DNA of 38,717 nucleotides from the IMG/VR virus record IMGVR_UViG_3300029671_000007; one strand, written 5' to 3'. This DNA comes from a virus. Every line of letters begins with the position of its first letter. Position 1 is the stretch's first letter. Both the position numbers and the translations under genes were made by a program. The notes under the pieces are model-generated. The model searched no databases. It was given only the letters and a program-made list of their open reading frames with translations, and was not told where the DNA came from. Below are positions 4,888 to 14,743 of the stretch, one piece after another.

Positions 4888-6306
4888 GTGGCAAGGCGGA
4901 AACCGAATCAGCCCACGGGGGAAATCAAGCTGGAGCTGGGGGAGCTGTATCCCAAGCAGTGGCAGTTCATAGAGAGCAAGACCCGGTACACGGCCTATGG
5001 CGGCGCGCGGGGCGGCGGCAAGACCCACGTGCTGATCCGGGCCTGCATCCGGGGGGCCTTGCAGTATCCGGGCATCAAGATTCTGATTCTGCGGCGTACC
5101 TACCCGGAGCTGGAGCAGACTATCATCCAGCCCATGAACAAACTGGTTAACTCCGCTACGATGGACGGGCGGCCCTGCGGCGACCTGATTGCCACCTACA
5201 ACGGCACCATGCGAATGCTGTTCTTTGCCAACGGTTCCACCGTGAAGTTCGGCCACTTGCAGAGCGCAGCGGCTATCACGGAGTACCAGGGCCAGGAATA
5301 CGACTGGATTTTCATGGACGAGGCCACCCACTTCACCGAGTATGAGTTCCGCACCATGGGCGCGACGCTCCGTGGCGTCAACGAGATTCCGAAGCACTTC
5401 TATTTGACCTGTAACCCCGGCGGCGTCGGGCATCAGTGGGTGAAACGGCTGTTTGTCACACGGGAGTATGAGGGCGTCGAGAGCGGACGGGATTACTCCT
5501 TCATCCCCGCCACGGTGGAGGACAACAAGGAGCTGCTGAAAGCGTCCCCGGAGTACATCCAGATGCTGGACACACTGCCGGAGGACATCCGGGCGGCCCA
5601 CCGCTACGGCGATTGGGATGCCATGGCCGGACAGTATTTCAGCGAGTTCCGGCGGGAGCGGCACGTGGTGAAGCCCTTTATTGTGCCTAAGGAGTGGCCC
5701 CGCTACCGGGCGTTTGACTACGGACTTGATATGTTCGCCTGCTACTGGTTCGCCATTGACTTTGACGACCGGGTGTGGGTGTACCGGGAGTATTGCGAGA
5801 GCGGCCTGATTGTGTCCGAGGCAGCGGCGGCCATGCGTCGGCTGACCCCGCCAGAGGAGCAGATTCAGTTTACTGTTGCCCCGCCGGACATGTGGAGCAC
5901 CCAGAAGGACACGGGGCGCACCATGGCCGAGATTTTCATGGAGAACGGCATCGGGATTGTCCGGGCCTCCAGCCAGCGGGTGCAGGGCTGGATGGTGGTG
6001 AAGGAGTTCCTGAAGGAGCGACCGGACGGACGCCCGGGGATGCTCTTCACCGAGGACTGCCCTCGGATGATCCGGGATTTGCCCGCCCTCCAGCACGACG
6101 AAAAGAACCCCTCGGACTGCGCCAAAGAGCCCCACGAGATTACCCACAGTCCCGACGCCCTGCGCTATGGGCTGATCTACCGGATGATGGGGGCACGGCT
6201 GGAGCCGGTGCGGCCGGAGCGGGACGATGTGGACTATGTGGAGGAGTACGACGACTACATGACCGGCGGAGAGGCCGCCGACGGATATCTGAGCTACGGA
6301 GGATAA
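4888..6306 (+). CDS. terL: Terminase large subunit, 472 aa
   Basis: Walker A GGARGGGKT, a Walker B-like WIFMDEA, and a C-terminal nuclease region. It has a GTG start 6 nt after GGAGG. Confidence 0.95.
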   Translation: MARRKPNQPTGEIKLELGELYPKQWQFIESKTRYTAYGGARGGGKTHVLIRACIRGALQYPGIKILILRRTYPELEQTIIQPMNKLVNSATMDGRPCGDLIATYNGTMRMLFFANGSTVKFGHLQSAAAITEYQGQEYDWIFMDEATHFTEYEFRTMGATLRGVNEIPKHFYLTCNPGGVGHQWVKRLFVTREYEGVESGRDYSFIPATVEDNKELLKASPEYIQMLDTLPEDIRAAHRYGDWDAMAGQYFSEFRRERHVVKPFIVPKEWPRYRAFDYGLDMFACYWFAIDFDDRVWVYREYCESGLIVSEAAAAMRRLTPPEEQIQFTVAPPDMWSTQKDTGRTMAEIFMENGIGIVRASSQRVQGWMVVKEFLKERPDGRPGMLFTEDCPRMIRDLPALQHDEKNPSDCAKEPHEITHSPDALRYGLIYRMMGARLEPVRPERDDVDYVEEYDDYMTGGEAADGYLSYGG

Positions 6307-6310
6307 GGAC

Positions 6311-6550
6311 ATGAACAAGCTGATTTCGCTTGCCCTGCACGTGGGGCGGCTGGAGGCCCGCCTGGAGGCTCTGGAGAAACGGCTGGAGTGGGAACCGCCC
6401 GCGCCGGAGGTGCACGTGGAGCTGGGACATGCGGCCACGGGGGCCGACCCGAAGGCGGAGGAGGACGCACGCCAGGCGGAGCGGCTGTTGCAGGAGGGCA
6501 TTGACAATATCATGGGCTATCAGTGGCCGCCCCGGCGGGAGGGTGAGTGA
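6311..6550 (+). CDS. Hypothetical coiled-coil protein, 79 aa
   Basis: It is tightly packed between terL and the portal gene, with an ATGA overlap with the portal start. Confidence 0.65.
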   Translation: MNKLISLALHVGRLEARLEALEKRLEWEPPAPEVHVELGHAATGADPKAEEDARQAERLLQEGIDNIMGYQWPPRREGE

Positions 6551-8256
6551 TGGCAAAGAAGGAAATCACCCCCGAGTCCGTGTGGAACGAGTACGAGACG
6601 GCCTGCAACTTCAAGGCCGGGCTCAATCTGTATGACAATGTGCGGGCCAACGAGAACTTTTACATCGGGAAGCAGTGGGAGGGAGTGCAGTCCAACGGCC
6701 TTCCCACCCCAGTGTTCAACTTCATCAAGCGGATCATCCTCTATGTGGTGGCCTCTACAGCCACGGATAATCTCAAAATGGCGGCGTCGCCTCTGTCCTC
6801 CTCCGGCATGGCGGCCCTGGGGGATCTGGAACAGCTGACGGATGTGGTCAACGCCCAGTTTGAGGCCCTGTTTGAGCAAAATAAGCTAGGGAAACAGACC
6901 CGCGAGTTCATGCGCAACGCCGCAGTAGACGGAGACGCCTGCATTTACGTTTGGTTTGACCCCGATGCGGAGACCGGGCAGACGGCGAAGGGCACCATCC
7001 GCACAGAAATTTTGGAAAATACCCGCGTGTCCTTCGGTAACCCCACAAACCGGGATGTGCAGAGCCAGCCCTATCTTCTGATCTCCCGCCGGGAGCTGCT
7101 GGACGAGGTAAAGGAGCAGGCCAGGGCGCAGGGCGGCGCGGCGGAGGACATCTTATCGGACTGCGACGAGACCGGCGACCGCTTTGACGCTATGACCGAC
7201 GGAAAGGTGACCACCATCACCCGCTTCTGGAAAGATGGGGGAACCGTCCGCGCCATCAAGACCACCAAGGACGCGGTGGTGCGCAGCCAGTGGGACACGG
7301 GGATGCAGCTCTATCCCATTGTTTGGATGAATTGGGACTACGTGCAGAACTGTTATCACGGCCAGGCGGCGGTGACCGGGCTGATTCCAAACCAGATCTT
7401 CGTGAACAAGATGTTTGCCATGACGATGATCTCCCTCATGACCACCGCCTATCCGAAGATTGTATACGACAAGACCCGGATTGCCCGGTGGGACTCCGGG
7501 GTGGGGAAGGCCATCCCGGTCAACGGCGGAGACGTGACCAACGTGGCCCGTGCCATCGACCCGGCGGCCATCTCGCCCCAGGTGAGCCAGTTTATCGAGC
7601 TTGCCATCTCCCTCACCAAGGAGTTTATGGGGGCCACAGACGCGGCCCTGGGCGATACCAGGCCGGACAACACCTCCGCCATCATCGCCTTGCAGAAAGC
7701 CTCCTCGGTGCCCATGGAGCTAACCAAGCAGAATTTCTTCCAGTGCGTCGAGGATTTGGGGCGTATCTGGCTGGATCAGATGCGGGCCTACTATGGGGTT
7801 CGCTATGTGGACTTGAAACCAACCGAGGAAGAGAAGCAGGAGATGCTCTACCTGGGGCAGGTGCCGGACGACAAGCCGCGGCCCACGGAGTTTGACTTCT
7901 CCCTGCTCAACCAGGTGCCGTTGTCCATTAAGCTGGACGTGGGCGGCTCGGCCTACTGGAGTGAGATTGCGCAGATGCAGACCCTGGACAATCTCCTGAT
8001 GAACGGCCAGATTAACGTGGTGGACTACCTGGAGCGGGTGCCCAACGGCTACATCTCCAACCAGCAGGAGCTGATTCAGACCCTGCGGGAGCGGATGGGG
8101 ATGGTTCAGCCAGCCATGCAGGGGCAGACGGGAGCCGTACAGGCTGGGCAGGGTAACACAATCGACCTGGCGGCGGGTTCCGGCTACGGGAACCTACAGA
8201 GGGCCATCAATCAGACCGGCATGGAGGGAATGGACCTCTCCCAGATACGGGTATAG
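6547..8256 (+). CDS. Portal protein, 569 aa
   Basis: Its size and its position after terL fit a portal. The N-terminal motif NENFYIGKQWEG is typical of portal proteins. Confidence 0.85.
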   Translation: MMAKKEITPESVWNEYETACNFKAGLNLYDNVRANENFYIGKQWEGVQSNGLPTPVFNFIKRIILYVVASTATDNLKMAASPLSSSGMAALGDLEQLTDVVNAQFEALFEQNKLGKQTREFMRNAAVDGDACIYVWFDPDAETGQTAKGTIRTEILENTRVSFGNPTNRDVQSQPYLLISRRELLDEVKEQARAQGGAAEDILSDCDETGDRFDAMTDGKVTTITRFWKDGGTVRAIKTTKDAVVRSQWDTGMQLYPIVWMNWDYVQNCYHGQAAVTGLIPNQIFVNKMFAMTMISLMTTAYPKIVYDKTRIARWDSGVGKAIPVNGGDVTNVARAIDPAAISPQVSQFIELAISLTKEFMGATDAALGDTRPDNTSAIIALQKASSVPMELTKQNFFQCVEDLGRIWLDQMRAYYGVRYVDLKPTEEEKQEMLYLGQVPDDKPRPTEFDFSLLNQVPLSIKLDVGGSAYWSEIAQMQTLDNLLMNGQINVVDYLERVPNGYISNQQELIQTLRERMGMVQPAMQGQTGAVQAGQGNTIDLAAGSGYGNLQRAINQTGMEGMDLSQIRV

Positions 8257-8318
8257 CGGCGGACCAGCCGTGACCAAATAAAAGCCGCCCAGACCAGGGC
8301 GGGAAGGAGCGAAGCAAT

Positions 8319-9134
8319 ATGGACGAGACCATGGAGACCGTGCAGGGCGACATTGAATCCGCCTGGAGCGCGGAGGACCCGGCGGGCGAAGCAGAGGGGA
8401 CGGAGGCGGCGGCTGCGGCAGACCAGCCGAAGGGCGGCGAGGAAACCCCTCCTGCGGAACCAAAAGCGCCGGATGCGCCGGTAGCGCAGCCGGAGCTGTT
8501 TACCCTCAAGAACCGGGACGAGACCCGCCAGGTGACCCGTGACGAGCTGGTCGCCATGGCGCAGAAGGGGTGGGACTACGACCATGTGCGGCAGGAGCGA
8601 GACCAGCTCCGGCAGTACCGACAGGAAGCGGATCCCGCCCTGGAGCTGGTGAAATCCTACGCCCAGCGCAACGGTATGTCGGTTGGCGATTACCTGGACT
8701 ATTGCAGAAAGCAGGAGCTCATCGCAACCGGCATGAACGAGCAGGACGCGGCAGCCAGGGTGAGCATGGAAAAGGAACGGGCCGACCTTGCGCGGCAGCG
8801 GGCCGAAATCCAGGCGTATCAAGACCAGCAAAACAGCGTTCTGAAGCATGCTCAGCAGCAGGCCCAGGCCCGGAAGCAGGACATTGAGGCGTTCTATCAG
8901 TCATACCCCGGCGTAGATCCCAAGAGCATTCCGCCCGAGGTGTGGGGCGCGGTGCGCGGAGGCGACACGCTCACAAATGCGTACACCCGCTGGGAGAACA
9001 AGCGCCTCCAGGCTGAGCTGGCCGCTGAGCGGCAGAACAAGGCCAACCGGGACAAGACCCCCGGCAGCCTGGGCGGGGACACCGCAGACGACAACGCCGG
9101 CCTCATCTCCAAATACTGGGACGAGGCAGATTAA
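8319..9134 (+). CDS. Putative scaffolding protein, 271 aa
   Basis: Acidic, Ala/Glu/Gln-rich and predicted coiled coil. It lies between the portal and capsid genes. Confidence 0.6.
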   Translation: MDETMETVQGDIESAWSAEDPAGEAEGTEAAAAADQPKGGEETPPAEPKAPDAPVAQPELFTLKNRDETRQVTRDELVAMAQKGWDYDHVRQERDQLRQYRQEADPALELVKSYAQRNGMSVGDYLDYCRKQELIATGMNEQDAAARVSMEKERADLARQRAEIQAYQDQQNSVLKHAQQQAQARKQDIEAFYQSYPGVDPKSIPPEVWGAVRGGDTLTNAYTRWENKRLQAELAAERQNKANRDKTPGSLGGDTADDNAGLISKYWDEAD

Positions 9135-9215
9135 GGAAAAGAGCCCAAGAGGCCGAACCGGAGACGGTGAGGCCCATCCCTCCGCCCGGTTCGGTGAGGG
9201 CGGAAAGGAAGTATT

Positions 9216-10274
9216 ATGGCAATCAATTTAGCGGAAGCCTTCTCCAAGAAGGTAGCCGAGGCATTCAAGCAGGACTCTCTGACCGACAGCGCCACCGGCC
9301 ACGACTACTCCTTCTCCGGCACCCGCACGGTGCGGGTGTGGAGCGTGGACACCGTGCCCCTGGTGGACTACCAGCGCACCGGTTCCAACCGGTACGGCAC
9401 CCCCGTGGAGCTGGGTGATACCGTCCAGGAGATGACCATGCGGGACGAGAAGTCCTGGACGTTCACCATCGACAAGGGCAACCAGTCCGACCAGTACAAC
9501 ATCAAGGGAGCCACCCGCGCCGCCAAGCGGCAGATTGAGCAGCAGGTCATTCCCTATGTGGACAAGTACCGCTTCCGCGAGTGGTGCACCAATGCGGGTA
9601 TTATTGAGGGCCTGTCTGCTGCGCCGACCAAGGGCGACATTGTGGACGCGATCTTCGACGCTGGCGCGGCCATGTCCGACCGGCTGGTTCCCTGGAGCAA
9701 CCGCACCCTCTACATCCCCAACGAGTATTTCAAGCTGCTGGCCCTGTCTGACCAGTTCATCTCCATCGAGGCCCTGGGCAAGAAGTCCGTCAGCAAGGGC
9801 GAGGTGGGAGAGATTGACAATATGGTAGTCAAGCGGGTGCCCGCCTCCTATCTGCCCGCCGGGGTGTACTTCCTGGTGAAGTACAAGGGCTCCACGGTAG
9901 ACCCGGTGAAGCTGAACGACATGAAGATCCACCAGGATCCGCCCGGCATCGGCGGCAATCTGCTGGAGGGGCGCATCTATCACGACTCCTTCGTGCTGGG
10001 TACCAAGGCCAACGGACTGTACGTGGCCGGAGCATCTGGCAGTGTGACGGCGGCTCCCACCATTAAGGACACCACCGGCACTGTGACCATCACCAAGAAG
10101 GGCACCTGCAAGTACACCGTGGACGGCACCGACCCCCGCTATTCCGCTACGGCGCAGGTGTATTCCAACACGTTCAGCGCGGAGAAGGGCGTTGTGGTCA
10201 AGGCCGTGGACGTGGAGACCGGCAAGTTCCCCTCCGCGGTGGCCAGCTACACCGTGGTAGGCGCCGGCGGTTAA
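9216..10274 (+). CDS. Major capsid protein with a C-terminal Ig-like/chitobiase-C-like domain, 352 aa
   Basis: Its position after the scaffold gene and its composition fit a capsid protein. The C-terminal 80 aa (CKYTVDGTDPRYSATAQVYSNTFSAEKGVVVKAV) resembles the FN3/CHB_HEX_C surface domain. A strong hairpin follows. Confidence 0.75.
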   Translation: MAINLAEAFSKKVAEAFKQDSLTDSATGHDYSFSGTRTVRVWSVDTVPLVDYQRTGSNRYGTPVELGDTVQEMTMRDEKSWTFTIDKGNQSDQYNIKGATRAAKRQIEQQVIPYVDKYRFREWCTNAGIIEGLSAAPTKGDIVDAIFDAGAAMSDRLVPWSNRTLYIPNEYFKLLALSDQFISIEALGKKSVSKGEVGEIDNMVVKRVPASYLPAGVYFLVKYKGSTVDPVKLNDMKIHQDPPGIGGNLLEGRIYHDSFVLGTKANGLYVAGASGSVTAAPTIKDTTGTVTITKKGTCKYTVDGTDPRYSATAQVYSNTFSAEKGVVVKAVDVETGKFPSAVASYTVVGAGG

Positions 10275-10286
10275 GCAGAAAGGGCC

Positions 10287-10310
10287 CGGGCGGGGCTTCA
10301 GCCCCGCCCG
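10287..10310 (+). terminator. 10-bp GC hairpin after the capsid gene (attenuator or RNA-stability element)
   Basis: CGGGCGGGGC-TTCA-GCCCCGCCCG with no T-run. It probably acts as a partial terminator or stabiliser, as is common after capsid genes. Confidence 0.45.
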
Positions 10311-10338
10311 ACTGCCAACAGAGAGGAGGAAGAACGGC

Positions 10339-10776
10339 GTGGCAACGACCGCCCAATGGATTTTTGAAAAGGCCATGAACCTGATGGACGAGGTGAACGA
10401 GTCCACTGGTGCCACCGACACGGCGGATACCCGCGAGTATAAAAACCGCACAATCCCCATTCTCAACATACTGCGGGTAGAGTGCTTTCCGGCCTCGGAT
10501 ACCTACCGGGTGACGGAGCCGGGCAAGCGGCCTATCTGCCCGGAGATTGCGGACTTTGACACCCCGATCGGGCTGGACGACGGTATTTGCCAGGGCGTTC
10601 TTCCCTATGGGCTGGCGGCCCATCTGCTTCTGGATGAAAATCCGGACGTGGCCGCCTACTTCAACCAGAGGTATGACGAGCTGCTGGAGGAGTACCGCAG
10701 TGCGATTCCGGCGCAGGCGGAGGACATCGAGACCATGTACGGCGGGATTGAGTACGGATGCTTCGGGAGGTGGTGA
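10339..10776 (+). CDS. Hypothetical virion protein, 145 aa (possible head-tail adaptor)
   Basis: GTG start 9 nt after AGGAGG. The call rests on position only. Confidence 0.6.
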   Translation: MATTAQWIFEKAMNLMDEVNESTGATDTADTREYKNRTIPILNILRVECFPASDTYRVTEPGKRPICPEIADFDTPIGLDDGICQGVLPYGLAAHLLLDENPDVAAYFNQRYDELLEEYRSAIPAQAEDIETMYGGIEYGCFGRW

Positions 10777-10777
10777 C

Positions 10778-12553
10778 GTGGCGAACATTGTCAGCACCAG
10801 TGAGACCAAAATCTATCAGATTAAGAAGTGGCTTGGCCTGAACGAGTCTCCCGACGGCGACACACACATGAAAATGGGAGAGGCCGCCGAGATGCGCAAT
10901 TTCCGCATTACCGCCGAAAACCATCTGCAAATCAGGCCCGGCTACGGTCTCTTGGCGGAACTGTCCTCCGGGAACCCGGTCCGAGGGATGTGGAGCGGCT
11001 ACATCGCGGGGAAGCACCATGTTCTGGCGGCCTGCGGCGGACACCTGTGGGACTTGGATCTGGAGGAGCACACGGCGGCGGACAAGGGGGCCATCCACGA
11101 CAGCCAGACCTCCATGTTTGGCTTTTCCGATAAGCTCTACATCCTCACCGGCACGGAATACTATTCCTGGGACGGTGAGGGGGCCCCGGCGGCGGTGGAG
11201 GGATACATACCCATTGTCACTACTGCGGCCCCGCCCACTGGCGGCGGCACGCTTCTGGAGCCGATGAATCTGCTGACAGGGAAGAAGAGGGCGGAGTATT
11301 CCCCGGATGGCGAGGCCAAGGAGTTCCAGCTCCCTGAGAACAAGCTGGACGAGGTCATCTCGGTGGAGGGCACCGAGATCAAGTATACGGCAGACCTGGA
11401 AAAAGGAAAGGTGACCTTCGACTCTGCGCCGCCAAAGGGTGTTAACACAATTACCTTTACATGGCGGAAGGGCACGGGAGAGCGGGCCAAGGTAACCGGA
11501 ATGCGGTTTGCAGAGCTCTACAACGGCGAATCGGACAGCCGGGCATTCTTGTATGGAGACGGCACCAACGAGGCGATTTTCTCCGGCCTGGACGAGAACG
11601 GGCAGGCGTCGGCAGAGTATTTCCCGCAGTACAACACGGTGGCGGTGGACAGCGCCAATACACCCATTACCGCTATGATCCGCCACTATGACCGCCTACT
11701 GATCTTCAAAACAGACTCGGCCTACTCCTGTTCGTACTCCACCCTTACCCTGGGGGACGGCAGTGTGTCGGCGGCGTTCTACACTTCGTCGCTGAACCGC
11801 TCCATCGGAAACGCGGCACCGGGCCAGGCAAAGCTGGTGGACAACAACGCCCGCACAGTCTACGGGCGTTCGGTCTACGAGTGGTCACTGGCGGCCAACT
11901 CCGTCCGCGACGAGCGCAATGCCAAGCGGGTCTCTGATAAGGTGGCCGCCACCCTGGGAGCGTTTGATCTGACGCAGGCCATTTGCTTTGACGACGAGTG
12001 GAACCAGGAATATTACATTTTCTACGGCGGGCAGGCCATCGTCAACAACTACCAAAATAATTCCTGGTACTTTTACGACAATCTTCCGGTAAACGCCGTG
12101 GTGGCCGTGGAGGGCACGCTCTATTTCGGGACGCTAGATGGCCGGATCATGGAGTTCTCCAGGGAGTACCGGAATGACAACCTTGAGGACATCAACGCAT
12201 ACTGGGAGAGCGGTTCCATGGATTTTGACCTGGATTGGAGGCGTAAATACTCCTCCACCGTCTGGACAGCCATGAAGCCGGAGAGCCAGGCCATTGTGAC
12301 GCTGACGGCGGAGTCCAACGTCAAGTCGGAGTACCCGGACAAGATTGTCTCCGCCGGTCTGGCGACCTTCCTGAACATGAGCTTTGAGCACTGGAGTTTC
12401 GGCACCAACCGGAAGCCGCAGCTCATTCGCTCCAAGCTGAAGGTGAAGAAGGTAACCTACTACAAGCTCATTATCCGCAGCAAGTCTGCCTCCGCCACGG
12501 CGACCGTGCTTTCCGTGGATTTGCAGGTGCGCTACACCGGAAACGTGAAATGA
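10778..12553 (+). CDS. Virion structural protein, 591 aa (putative tail/nozzle, beta-rich)
   Basis: GTG start just after the upstream stop, with the SD GGGAGGTGG. This is the in-frame internal start of track ORF 10547..12553. Beta-propeller-like repeats are present (GTLYFGTLDGRIMEF). Confidence 0.7.
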   Translation: MANIVSTSETKIYQIKKWLGLNESPDGDTHMKMGEAAEMRNFRITAENHLQIRPGYGLLAELSSGNPVRGMWSGYIAGKHHVLAACGGHLWDLDLEEHTAADKGAIHDSQTSMFGFSDKLYILTGTEYYSWDGEGAPAAVEGYIPIVTTAAPPTGGGTLLEPMNLLTGKKRAEYSPDGEAKEFQLPENKLDEVISVEGTEIKYTADLEKGKVTFDSAPPKGVNTITFTWRKGTGERAKVTGMRFAELYNGESDSRAFLYGDGTNEAIFSGLDENGQASAEYFPQYNTVAVDSANTPITAMIRHYDRLLIFKTDSAYSCSYSTLTLGDGSVSAAFYTSSLNRSIGNAAPGQAKLVDNNARTVYGRSVYEWSLAANSVRDERNAKRVSDKVAATLGAFDLTQAICFDDEWNQEYYIFYGGQAIVNNYQNNSWYFYDNLPVNAVVAVEGTLYFGTLDGRIMEFSREYRNDNLEDINAYWESGSMDFDLDWRRKYSSTVWTAMKPESQAIVTLTAESNVKSEYPDKIVSAGLATFLNMSFEHWSFGTNRKPQLIRSKLKVKKVTYYKLIIRSKSASATATVLSVDLQVRYTGNVK

Positions 12554-12562
12554 GGTGCTTTT

Positions 12563-14395
12563 GTGGCAATCACACCTTTTGAAAAGGACATTGAGATCAT
12601 CCAGAAGCTGGACGACGAACCCAACGACGTACAGGGCCTTACCCCGGAGGAGCTGAAAAAGCGATTCGATCAGGCGGCTATCTGGCTCAAAGAGTACATC
12701 AACGGGACGCTGATCCCCGCCATTACCGGGGACGGCGGCACCGGCGGCGCGTCCAACATTGGCGCGGCGGTGGATGACTTCCCCGGCGAGACGGTGCAGG
12801 AGGTGCTGGACGCCTTCAACGACGCGCTGACCGACCGCTATACTAAGTCTGAGACAAACAGCTACGTGGGCCAGGAGACGGAAAACCTGGTGGAGACCGT
12901 GCATGTGGATCTGACCACCGGAGTGATTACCGTCACCAAGAAGGACGGCTCCAAGGAGACCTTCGACACGGCGCTGGAGAAGGTGCCTGCCACCATGGCC
13001 CTGGTGGACGAGCAGGGCGGCACCTATCTGGTAATCACCAACGTGGATGGCAGCCAGACCAAGACGGATGTTTCCAAGCTGATCGACACCTACACCTTCC
13101 AGAACTCCGCCGAGGTGGCCTTTTCCGTAGACGGGAGCGGGAACAATAAAACGGTGACGGCCTCCATCCGCCCCGCCTCCATCGGCCCGGATCGCTTTAC
13201 TTTGGAGGTTACACAGAAGCTGGAGCAGTACAACGCCACCAGCAAGGCCAACGCCGATGCGGCGGCGGCCTCCGCCCAGGCGGCCAAGGCCAGCGAAACC
13301 AACGCGAAAGGGAGCGAGACGGCGGCGTCCGGGAGTGCGTCCCAGTCTGCACAGAGCGCCGGAGCGGCATCCGGCAGCGCATCCCAGGCCGCGCAGAGCG
13401 CAGGGGCAGCGGCGGCCAGTGCGGAGAGCGCACAGAGCAATGCGGCCCAGGCGCTGGCGGCGAAGAACGCGGCGGAGGCCAGCGCTACACTCTCTCAAAG
13501 CTGGACCGAGGGTGGCACTGGAATCCGGGAGGGTGAGAATACCAATAACGCCAAATACTGGGCGGGTGTAGCGCAGGGCGCGGCGGGCGGCGGCGTGACG
13601 ACCTTCAACGGACGCAGCGGAGCCGTGGTTCCCGCCGAGGGAGACTATACCGCGGAAATGGTAGGGGCGAGGCCGGAAAGCTGGATACCGTCGGCGGCAG
13701 ATACCGGGGCGGTTCCCATCACCGAGAAGGGAGCGCCTAATGGCGTGGCGACGCTGGGGCCCGATGGCAAGGTGCCCGCCGGGCAGCTCCCAAAGATGGA
13801 CTATGACCCGGCGGGCAGCGCGGAGGCGGTGCAGCAGGCCCTGACCGCCCACACCGGGAACAAGAACAACCCCCACGCCGTTACGGCGGAGCAGGTGGGG
13901 GCTCTTGCAAGTTCCGGTGGAGTCATGTCCGGGGCAATCAGCATGAGTGGTCACAAGATAGCCAATCTGGCCGCTCCTGCTGATTCCACGGATGCCGCTA
14001 ATAAGCAGTATGTGGACGAGCACGCGGGGGCGAAGGTTATTTTGGGGAGCTATGTGGGGACAGGAAAAACAGGTAAAAGCAACCCTAATCAAATAACCTT
14101 AGCCGAACCCTTTAAAATACTCTGTATTTATGGCATGCAATGGCCAGATTCGTATCGAAGTATCGACAATTCTGGTACTGGCGAAACTTCTGTCATTATT
14201 CCCGGCAGCATTATCCCTACTGAGTATACAAGCGGCTTTGGTTTTTTCTACTCTAGCAACTCAAGAGATTCTTACGGTAAAAAATCAGCGGATGGAAAAA
14301 CTTTCAGTTGGTATTATAACTATACTCCATCTGATGCAGCAACTGTGCAGCTTAATTTATCTCAAGTTGTATATCACTACTACGCCATAGTTTAG
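12563..14395 (+). CDS. Tail fibre / receptor-binding protein, 610 aa
   Basis: The N-terminus (PFEKDIEIIQKLDDEPN...LTPEELKKRFD) is typical of Firmicute phage fibres. There are Ala/Ser/Gln coiled-coil repeats and a low-GC C-terminal domain. Confidence 0.8.
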   Translation: MAITPFEKDIEIIQKLDDEPNDVQGLTPEELKKRFDQAAIWLKEYINGTLIPAITGDGGTGGASNIGAAVDDFPGETVQEVLDAFNDALTDRYTKSETNSYVGQETENLVETVHVDLTTGVITVTKKDGSKETFDTALEKVPATMALVDEQGGTYLVITNVDGSQTKTDVSKLIDTYTFQNSAEVAFSVDGSGNNKTVTASIRPASIGPDRFTLEVTQKLEQYNATSKANADAAAASAQAAKASETNAKGSETAASGSASQSAQSAGAASGSASQAAQSAGAAAASAESAQSNAAQALAAKNAAEASATLSQSWTEGGTGIREGENTNNAKYWAGVAQGAAGGGVTTFNGRSGAVVPAEGDYTAEMVGARPESWIPSAADTGAVPITEKGAPNGVATLGPDGKVPAGQLPKMDYDPAGSAEAVQQALTAHTGNKNNPHAVTAEQVGALASSGGVMSGAISMSGHKIANLAAPADSTDAANKQYVDEHAGAKVILGSYVGTGKTGKSNPNQITLAEPFKILCIYGMQWPDSYRSIDNSGTGETSVIIPGSIIPTEYTSGFGFFYSSNSRDSYGKKSADGKTFSWYYNYTPSDAATVQLNLSQVVYHYYAIV

Positions 14396-14415
14396 AAATA
14401 AGAGGTGAATTAAAT

Positions 14416-14730
14416 ATGACCATCATCCAAATTGACCCGTTGGAGACCGGCCAGCACCCGATCCAGAGCCAGAGCGGGCGGCGCGCCTGCTGGCTGGAGG
14501 GCTACATAGAGGTGCCCGCCCACCTCCATGACACGGTGTGGGCGACCTATGGCTGGTGTAACCTCCAGATTGAGGAGGGCAGGCTGGTGGGTGTCACGCC
14601 CACTGAGCGGCCCCCTGAGCCAGAGCCGGAGCCCCAGCCGCCCTCCGCAGAAGATACCACCCTGGACATGCTGGCCGAGCACGAGGCGCGGCTGTGTATG
14701 CTGGAGCTGACTACCACCGCTGCCACATGA
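14416..14730 (+). CDS. Hypothetical protein, 104 aa, with a PEPEPEPQPP linker
   Basis: The SD is AGAGGTGA. It lies between the fibre and XkdX-like genes. Confidence 0.65.
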   Translation: MTIIQIDPLETGQHPIQSQSGRRACWLEGYIEVPAHLHDTVWATYGWCNLQIEEGRLVGVTPTERPPEPEPEPQPPSAEDTTLDMLAEHEARLCMLELTTTAAT

Positions 14731-14743
14731 GAAAGGAGACGCC

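Noticed and set aside
4672-6513. A 613-aa ORF on the minus strand, opposite terL.
   Set aside because: It is a shadow ORF in a GC-rich region. The composition is Arg/Gly/Pro/Ala/His-rich low complexity, there is no RBS, and it is fully antisense to a gene with clear terminase motifs.
13240-13500. Repetitive Ala/Ser/Gln-coding DNA (GCGTCCCAG...GCACAGAGCGC repeats) that could look like a tandem-repeat or CRISPR-like array.
   Set aside because: The repeats are degenerate, in frame and inside the tail-fibre ORF, where they form a coiled-coil shaft (SASQSAQSAGAA). There is no spacer/repeat architecture.
12134-14092. A 652-aa ORF on the minus strand, opposite the tail genes. Similar long antisense ORFs are 9228-10469, 10661-11686, 15265-16116, 21660-22640 and 37729-38532.
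   Set aside because: They show the same GC-driven shadow-ORF signature, with biased Arg/Gly/Leu/His content. Each lies opposite a well-supported gene in a tightly packed operon.
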